A stretch of DNA of 64,000 bases from Auanema rhodensis (lineage: Eukaryota > Animalia > Nematoda), in NCBI GenBank assembly GCA_964057225.1, contig CAXKVF010000081.1, forward strand, positions 316,452 through 380,451. Direction: 5' to 3'. Positions within the stretch are counted from its first letter, which is position 1. Each line of letters begins with the position of its first letter. This document shows, one piece after another, positions 54,301 to 64,000 of this stretch. The position numbers were made by a program, and so were the translations under genes. Under the pieces are notes generated by a model. The model worked only from the letters and a program-made list of their open reading frames with translations, did no database searches and was not told the DNA's origin.

Positions 54301-57300
54301 TAATATGGACATGGGGAATCAAATTTTGAAAACCGCATCTCTTTATCTTTCACGTGAAGCGAGTTACATACCAAGTGCACATCACGTGTACATTTAATTA
54401 GCATAAATTAAAGTTCACGTAAATTTCAAAGTCATGGTTACCATGCACCAATATCAATAAAAATTTGTTTTTAGACTAATATGGACATGGGGAATCTAAT
54501 TTTGAAAACCGCATCTCTTTATCTTTCACGTGAAGCGAGTTACATACCAAGTGCACATCACGTGTACATTTAATTAGCATAAATTAAAGTTCACGTAAAT
54601 TTCAAAGTCATGGTTACCATGCACCAATATCAATAAAAATTTGTTTTTAGACTAATATGGACATGGGGAATCTAATTTTGAAAACCGCATCTCTTTATCT
54701 TTCACGTGAATCGAGTTACATACCAAGTGCACATCACGTGTACATTTAATTAGCATAAATTAAAGTTCACGTAAATTTCAAAGTCATGGTTACCATGAAC
54801 CAATATCAATAAAAATTTGTTTTTAGACTAATATGGACATGGGGAATCTAATTTTGAAAACCGCATCTCTTTATCTTTCACGTGAAGCGAGTTACATACC
54901 AAGTGCACATCACGTGTACATTTAATTAGCATAAATTAAAGTTCACGTAAATTTCAAAGTCATGGTTACCATGCACCAATATCAATAAAAATTTGTTTTT
55001 AGACTAATATGGACATGGGGAATCTAATTTTGAAAACCGCATCTCTTTATCTTTCACGTGAATCGAGTTACATACCAAGTGCACATCACGTGTACATTTA
55101 ATTAGCATAAATTAAAGTTCACGTAAATTTCAAAGTCATGGTTACCATGAACCAATATCAATAAAAATTTGTTTTTAGACTAATATGGACATGGGGAATC
55201 TAATTTTGAAAACCGCATCTCTTTATCTTTCACGTGAAGCGAGTTACATACCAAGTGCACATCACGTGTACATTTAATTAGCATAAATTAAAGTTCACGT
55301 AAATTTCAAAGTCATGGTTACCATGAACCAATATCAATAAAAATTTGTTTTTAGACTAATATGGACATGGGGAATCTAATTTTGAAAACCGCATCTCTTT
55401 ATCTTTCACGTGAAGCGAGTTACATACCAAGTGCACATCACGTGTACATTTAATTAGCATAAATTAAAGTTCACGTAAATTTCAAAGTCATGGTTACCAT
55501 GCACCAATATCAATAAAAATTTGTTTTTAGACTAATATGGACATGATGAATCTAATTTTGAAAACCGCATCTCTTTATCTTTCACGTGAAGCGAGTTACA
55601 TACCAAGTGCACATCACGTGTACATTTAATTAGCATAAATTAAAGTTCACGTAAATTTCAAAGTCATGGTTACCATGAACCAATATCAATGAAAATTTGT
55701 TTTTAGACTAATATGGACATGGGGAATCAAATTTTGAAAACCGCATCTCTTTATCTTTCACGTGAAGCGAGTTACATACCAAGTGCACATCACGTGTACA
55801 TTTAATTAGCATAAATTAAAGTTCACGTAAATTTCAAAGTCATGGTTACCATGCACCAATATCAATAAAAATTTGTTTTTAGACTAATATGGACATGGGG
55901 AATCTAATTTTGAAAACCGCATCTCTTTATCTTTCACGTGAAGCGAGTTACATACCAAGTGCACATCACGTGTACATTTAATTAGCATAAATTAAAGTTC
56001 ACGTAAATTTCAAAGTCATGGTTACCATGCACCAATATCAATAAAAATTTGTTTTTAGACTAATATGGACATGGGGAATCTAATTTTGAAAACCGCATCT
56101 CTTTATCTTTCACGTGAATCGAGTTACATACCAAGTGCACATCACGTGTACATTTAATTAGCATAAATTAAAGTTCACGTAAATTTCAAAGTCATGGTTA
56201 CCATGAACCAATATCAATAAAAATTTGTTTTTAGACTAATATGGACATGGGGAATCTAATTTTGAAAACCGCATCTCTTTATCTTTCACGTGAAGCGAGT
56301 TACATACCAAGTGCACATCACGTGTACATTTAATTAGCATAAATTAAAGTTCACGTAAATTTCAAAGTCATGGTTACCATGCACCAATATCAATAAAAAT
56401 TTGTTTTTAGACTAATATGGACATGGGGAATCTAATTTTGAAAACCGCATCTCTTTATCTTTCACGTGAATCGAGTTACATACCAAGTGCACATCACGTG
56501 TACATTTAATTAGCATAAATTAAAGTTCACGTAAATTTCAAAGTCATGGTTACCATGAACCAATATCAATAAAAATTTGTTTTTAGACTAATATGGACAT
56601 GGGGAATCTAATTTTGAAAACCGCATCTCTTTATCTTTCACGTGAAGCGAGTTACATACCAAGTGCACATCACGTGTACATTTAATTAGCATAAATTAAA
56701 GTTCACGTAAATTTCAAAGTCATGGTTACCATGAACCAATATCAATAAAAATTTGTTTTTAGACTAATATGGACATGGGGAATCTAATTTTGAAAACCGC
56801 ATCTCTTTATCTTTCACGTGAAGCGAGTTACATACCAAGTGCACATCACGTGTACATTTAATTAGCATAAATTAAAGTTCACGTAAATTTCAAAGTCATG
56901 GTTACCATGCACCAATATCAATAAAAATTTGTTTTTAGACTAATATGGACATGATGAATCTAATTTTGAAAACCGCATCTCTTTATCTTTCACGTGAAGC
57001 GAGTTACATACCAAGTGCACATCACGTGTACATTTAATTAGCATAAATTAAAGTTCACGTAAATTTCAAAGTCATGGTTACCATGCACCAATATCAATTA
57101 AAATTTGTTTTTAGACTAATATGGACATGGGGAATCAAATTTTGAAAACCGCATCTCTTTATCTTTCACGTGAAGCGAGTTACATACCAAGTGCACATCA
57201 CGTGTACATTTAATTAGCATAAATTAAAGTTCACGTAAATTTCAAAATCATGGTTACCATGCACCAATATCAATAAAAATTTGTTTTTAGACTAATATGG

Positions 57301-60300
57301 ACATGATGAATCTAATTTTGAAAACCGCATCTCTTTATCTTTCACGTGAAGCGAGTTACATACCAAGTGCACATCACGTGTACATTTAATTAGCATAAAT
57401 TAAAATTCACGTAAATTTCAAAGTCATGGTTACCATGAACCAATATCAATGAAAATTTGTTTTTAGACTAATATGGACATGGGGAATCAAATTTTGAGAA
57501 CCGCATCTCTTTATCTTTCACGTGAAGCGAGTTACATACCAAGTGCACATTACGTGTACATTTAATTAGCATAAATTAAAGTTCACGTAAATTTCAAAGT
57601 CATGGTTACCATGCACCAATATCAATAAAAATTTGTTTTTAGACTAATATGGACATGGGGAATCTAATTTTGAAAACCGCATCTCTTTATCTTTCACGTG
57701 AAGCGAGTTACATACCAAGTGCACATCACGTGTACATTTAATTAGCATAAATTAAAGTTCACGTAAATTTCAAAGTCATGGTTACCATGAACCAATATCA
57801 ATAAAAATTTGTTTTTAGACTAATATGTACATGGGGAATCTAATTTTGAAAACCGCATCTCTTTATCTTTCACGTGAAGCGAGTTACATACCAAGTGCAC
57901 ATCACGTGTACAATTAATTAGCATAAATTAAAGTTCACGTAAATTTCAAAGTCATGGTTACCATGAACCAATATCAATAAAAATTTGTTTTTAGACTAAT
58001 ATGGACATGGGGAATCTGATTTTGAAAACCGCATCTCTTTATCTTTCACGTGAAGCGAGTTACATACCAAGTGCACATCACGTGTACATTTAATTAGCAT
58101 AAATTAAAGTTCACGTAAATTTCAAAGTCATGGTTACCATGCACCAATATCAATAAAAATTTGTTTTTAGACTAATATGGACATGGGGAATCTAATTTTG
58201 AAAACCGCATCTCTTTATCTTTCACGTGAAGCGAGTTACATACCAAGTGCACATCACGTGTACATTTAATAAGCATAAATTAAAGTTCACGTAAATTTCA
58301 AAGTCATGGTTACCATGCACCAATATCAATAAAAATTTGTTTTTAGACTAATATGGACATGGGGAATCTAATTTTGAAAACCGCATCTCTTTATCTTTCA
58401 CGTGAAGCGAGTTACATACCAAGTGCACATCACGTGTACATTTAATTAGCATAAATTAAAGTTCACGTAAATTTCAAAGTCATGGTTACCATGCACCAAT
58501 ATCAATAAAAATTTGTTTTTAGACTAATATGGACATGGGGAATCTAATTTTGAAAACCGCATCTCTTTATCTTTCACGTGAAGCGAGTTACATACCAAGT
58601 GCACATCACGTATACATTTAATTAGCATAAATTAAAGTTCACGTAAATTTCAAAGTCATGGTTACCATGAACCAATATCAATAAAAATTTGTTTTTAGAC
58701 TAATATGGACATGGGGAATCTAATTTTGAAAACCGCATCTCTTTATCTTTCACGTGAAGCGAGTTACATACCAAGTGCACATCACGTGTACATTTAATTA
58801 GCATAAATTAAAGTTCACGTAAATTTCAAAGTCATGGTTACCATGAACCAATATCAATAAAAATTTGTTTTTAGACTAATATGGACATGGGGAATCTAAT
58901 TTTGAAAACCGCATCTCTTTATCTTTCACGTGAAGCGAGTTACATACCAAGTGCACATCACGTGTACAATTAATTAGCATAAATTAAAGTTCACGTAAAT
59001 TTCAAAGTCATGGTTACCATGAACCAATATCAATAAAAATTTGTTTTTAGAATAATATGGACATGGGGAATCTAATTTTGAAAACCGCATCTCTTTATCT
59101 TTCACGTGAAGCGAGTTACATACCAAGTGCACATCACGTGTACAATTAATTAGCATAAATTAAAGTTCACGTAAATTTCATAGTCATGGTTACCATGAAC
59201 CAATATCAATAAAAATTTGTTTTTAGACTAATATGGACATGGGGAATCTAATTTTGAAAACCGCATCTCTTTATCTTTCACGTGAAGCGAGTTACATACC
59301 AAGTGCACATCACGTGTACATTTAATTAGCATAAATTAAAGTTCACGTAAATTTCAAAATCATGGTTACCATGAAGCAATATCAATAAAAATTTGTTTTT
59401 AGACTAATATGGACATGGGGAATCTAATTTTGAAAACCGCATCTCTTTATCTTTCACGTGAAGCGAGTTACATACCAAGTGCACATCACGTGTACATTTA
59501 ATTAGCATAAATTAAAGTTCACGTAAATTTCAAAGTCATGGTTACCATGAACCAATATCAATAAAAATTTGTTTTTAGACTAATATGGACATGGGGAATC
59601 TAATTTTGAAAACCGCATCTCTTTATCTTTCACGTGAAGGGAGTTACATACCAAGTGCACATCACGTGTACATTTAATTAGCATAAATTAAAGTTCACGT
59701 AAATTTCAAAGTCATGGTTACCATGAACCAATATCAATAAAAATTTGTTTTTAGACTAATATGGACAAGGGGAATCTAATTTTGAAAACCGCATCTCTTT
59801 ATCTTTCACGTGAAGCGAGTTACATACCAAGTGCACATCACGTGTACATTTAATTAGCATAAATTAAAGTTCACGTAAATTTCAAAGTCATGGTTACCAT
59901 GCACCAATATCAATAAAAATTTGTTTTTAGACTAATATGGACATGGGGAATCTAATTTTGAAAACCGCATTTCTTTATCTTTCACGTGAAGCGAGTTACA
60001 TACCAAGTGCACATCACGTGTACATTTAATTAGCATAAATTAAAGTTCACGTAAATTTCAAAGTCATGGTTACCATGCACCAATATCAATAAAAATTTGT
60101 TTTTAGACTAATATGGACATGGGGAATCTAATTTTGAAAACCGCATCTCTTTATCTTTCACGTGAAGCGAGTTACATACCAAGTGCACATCACGTGTACA
60201 TTTAATTAGCATAAATTAAAGTTCACGTAAATTTCAAAGTCATGGTTACCATGCACCAATATCAATAAAAATTTGTTTTTAGACTAATATGGACATGGGG

Positions 60301-63300
60301 AATCTAATTTTGAAAACCGCATCTCTTTATCTTTCACGTGAAGCGAGTTACATACCAAGTGCACATCACGTGTACATTTAATTAGCATAAATTAAAGTTC
60401 ACGTAAATTTCAAAGTCATGGTTACCATGAACCAATATCAATAAAAATTTGTTTTTAGACTAATATGGACATGGGGAATCTAATTTTGAAAACCGCATCT
60501 CTTTATCTTTCACGTGAAGCGAGTTACATACCAAGTGCACATCACGTGTACATTTAATTAGCATAAATTAAAGTTCACGTAAATTTCAAAGTCATGGTTA
60601 CCATGAAGCAATATCAATAAAAATTTGTTTTTAGACTAATATGGACATGGGGAATCTAATTTTGAAAACCGCATCTCTTTATCTTTCACGTGAAGCGAGT
60701 TACATACCAAGTGCACATCACGTGTACATTTAATTAGCATAAATTAAAGTTCACGTAAATTTCAAAGTCATGGTTACCATGCACCAATATCAATAAAAAT
60801 TTGTTTTTAGACTAATATGGACATGGGGAATCTAATTTTGAAAACCGCATCTCTTTATCTTTCACGTGAAGCGAGTTACATACCAAGTGCACATCACGTG
60901 TACATTTAATTAGCATAAATTAAAGTTCACGTAAATTTCAAAGTCATGGTTACCATGCACCAATATCAATAAAAATTTGTTTTTAGACTAATATGGACAT
61001 GGGGAATCTAATTTTGAAAACCGCATCTCTTTATCTTTCACGTGAAGCGAGTTACATACCAAGTGCACATCACGTGTACATTTAATTAGCATAAATTAAA
61101 GTTCACGTAAATTTCAAAGTCATGGTTACCATGAACCAATATCAATAAAAATTTGTTTTTAGACTAATATGGACATGGGGAATCTAATTTCGAAAACCGC
61201 ATCTCTTTATCTTTCACGTGAAGCGAGTTACATACCAAGTGCACATCACGTGTACATTTAATTAGCATAAATTAAAGTTCACGTAAATTTCAAAGTCATG
61301 GTTACCATGCACCAATATCAATAAAAATTTGTTTTTAGACTAATATGGACAAGGGGAATCTAATTTTGAAAACCGCATCTCTTTATCTTTCACGTGAAGC
61401 GAGTTACATACCAAGTGCACATCACGTGTACATTTAATTAGCATAAATTAAAGTTGACGTAAATTTCAAAGTCATGGTTACCATGCACCAATATCAATAA
61501 AAATTTGTTTTTAGACTAATATGGACATGGGGAATCTAATTTTGAAAACCGCATCTCTTTATCTTTCACGTGAATCGAGTTACATACCAAGTGCACATCA
61601 CGTGTACATTTAATTAGCATAAATTAAAGTTCACGTAAATTTCAAAGTCATGGTTACCATGAACCAATATCAATAAAAATTTGTGTTTAGACTAATATGG
61701 ACATGGGGAATCTAATTTTGAAAACCGAATCTCTTTATCTTTCACGTGAAGCGAGTTACATACCAAGTGCACATCACGTGTACATTTAATTAGCATAAAT
61801 TAAAGTTCACGTAAATTTCAAAGTCATGGTTACCATGCACCAATATCAATAAAAATTTGTTTTTAGACTAATATGGACATGGGGAATCTAATTTTGAAAA
61901 CCGCATCTCTTTATCTTTCACGTGAAGCGAGTTACATACCAAGTGCACATCACGTGTACATTTAATTAGCATAAATTAAAGTTCACGTAAATTTCAAAGT
62001 CATGGTTACCATGAACCAATATCAATAAAAATTTGTTTTTAGACTAATATGGACAAGGGGAATCTAATTTTGAAAACCGCATCTCTTTATCTTTCACGTG
62101 AAGCGAGTTACATACCAAGTGCACATCACGTGTACATTTAATTAGCATAAATTAAAGTTGACGTAAATTTCAAAGTCATGGTTACCATGCACCAATATCA
62201 ATAAAAATTTGTTTTTAGACTAATATGGACATGGGGAATCTAATTTTGAAAACCGCATCTCTTTATCTTTCACGTGAATCGAGTTACATACCAAGTGCAC
62301 ATCACGTGTACATTTAATTAGCATAAATTAAAGTTCACGTAAATTTCAAAGTCATGGTTACCATGAACCAATATCAATAAAAATTTGTGTTTAAACTAAT
62401 ATGGACATGGGGAATCTAATTTTGAAAACCGCATCTCTTTATCTTTCACGTGAAGCGAGTTACATACCAAGTGCACATCACGTGTACATTTAATTAGCAT
62501 AAATTAAAGTTCACGTAAATTTCAAAGTCATGGTTACCATGCACCAATATCAATAAAAATTTGTTTTTAGACTAATATGGACATGGGGAATCTAATTTTG
62601 AAAACCGCATCTCTTTATCTTTCACGTGAAGCGAGTTACATACCAAGTGCACATCACGTGTACATTTAATTAGCATAAATTAAAGTTCACGTAAATTTCA
62701 AAGTCATGGTTACCATGAACCAATATCAATAAAAATTTGTTTTTAGACTAATATGGACATGGGGAATCTAATTTTGAAAACCGCATCTCTTTATCTTTCA
62801 CGTGAAGCGAGTTACATACCAAGTGCACATCACGTGTACATTTAATTAGCATAAATTAAAGTTCACGTAAATTTCAAAGTCATGGTTACCATGCACCAAT
62901 ATCAATAAAAATTTGTTTTTAGACTAATATGGACATGGGGAATCTAATTTTGAAAACCGCATCTCTTTATCTTTCACGTGAAGCGAGTTACATACCAAGT
63001 GCACATCACGTGTACATTTAATTAGCATAAATTAAAGTTCACGTAAATTTCAAAGTCATGGTTACCATGAACCAATATCAATAAAAATTTGTGTTTAGAC
63101 TAATATGGACATGGGGAATCTAATTTTGAAAACCGCATCTCTTTATCTTTCACGTGAAGCGAGTTACATACCAAGTGCACATCACGTGTACATTTAATTA
63201 GCATAAATTAAAGTTCACGTAAATTTCAAAGTCATGGTTACCATGAACCAATATCAATAAAAATTTGTTTTTAGACTAATATGGACATGGGGAATCTAAT

Positions 63301-64000
63301 TTTGAAAACCGCATCTCTTTATCTTTCACGTGAAGCGAGTTACATACCAAGTGCACATCACGTGTACATTTAATAAGCATAAATTAAAGTTCACGTAAAT
63401 TTCAAAGTCATGGTTACCATGCACCAATATCAATAAAAATTTGTTTTTAGACTAATATGGACATGGGGAATCTAATTTTGAAAACCGCATCTCTTTATCT
63501 TTCACGTGAAGCGAGTTACATACCGAGTGCACATCACGTGTACAATTAATTAGCATAAATTAAAGTTCACGTAAATTTCAAAGTCATGGTTACCATGAAC
63601 CAATATCAATAAAAATTTGTTTTTAGACTAATATGGACATGGGGAATCTAATTTTGAAAACCGCATCTCTTTATCTTTCACGTGAAGCGAGTTACATACC
63701 AAGTGCACATCACGTGTACATTTAATTAGCATAAATTAAAGTTCACGTAAATTTCAAAGTCATGGTTACCATGCACCAATATCAATAAAAATTTGTTTTT
63801 AGACTAATATGGACATGGGGAATCTAATTTTGAAAACCGCATCTCTTTATCTTTCACGTGAAGCGAGTTACATACCAAGTGCACATCACGTGTACATTTA
63901 ATTAGCATAAATTAAAGTTCACGTAAATTTCAAAGTCATGGTTACCATGAACCAATATCAATGAAAATTTGTTTTTAGACTAATATGGACATGGGGAAAC
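42157..64000 (+). repeat. Right forward-oriented satellite block (~124 monomers)
   Basis: Forward orientation resumes with taatatggacatgggaaatc at 42157 and keeps the 176-bp period to the window end. Confidence 0.97.

Larger units (their letters stand above)
1..64000. repeat. 176-bp tandem satellite DNA array (~364 monomers), probable centromeric/pericentromeric satellite
   Basis: The same motifs recur every 176 bp (g of 'ttgttttt' at 7, 183, ...; the line pattern repeats every 880 = 5x176). The array fills the window edge to edge with only scattered SNVs. The centromeric role is inferred from unit size and homogeneity only. Confidence 0.98.

Noticed and set aside
58974-59156. 60-aa minus-strand ORF from the ORF track
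   Set aside because: It is one satellite monomer read in frame. A private C>A at 59052 changes the usual minus-strand TAG to TAT. There is no recognisable protein motif.
1-64000. CRISPR-like array or variant-encoded information
   Set aside because: There are no unique spacers and no cas genes. The variant patterns are explained by nested tandem duplications.

Overview
The whole 64-kb window is one AT-rich (~32% GC by hand count of the consensus) tandem satellite array of about 364 copies of a 176-bp monomer. Consensus: aaatttgtttttagactaatatggacatggggaatctaattttgaaaaccgcatctctttatctttcacgtgaagcgagttacataccaagtgcacatcacgtgtacatttaattagcataaattaaagttcacgtaaatttcaaagtcatggttaccatg(c/a)accaatatcaat(a/g)a. 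Copies typically differ from it at only 0-4 sites, up to ~8 in a few. Monomer size and homogeneity resemble a eukaryotic centromeric or pericentromeric satellite, but I cannot name the family or species. I see no genes, RNA genes, transposons or CRISPR arrays. The main structural feature is a ~6.8-kb (~38.5-monomer) block in inverted orientation at 35375-42153. Its left junction has 3-bp microhomology and its right junction has a 3-bp insertion. It also contains a 2.6-kb variant-for-variant mirror image of the downstream flank. Rare SNVs reveal a patchwork of local higher-order duplications (3- to 32-mers) and one out-of-register 320-bp duplication near 2.7 kb. All comparisons were made by eye.
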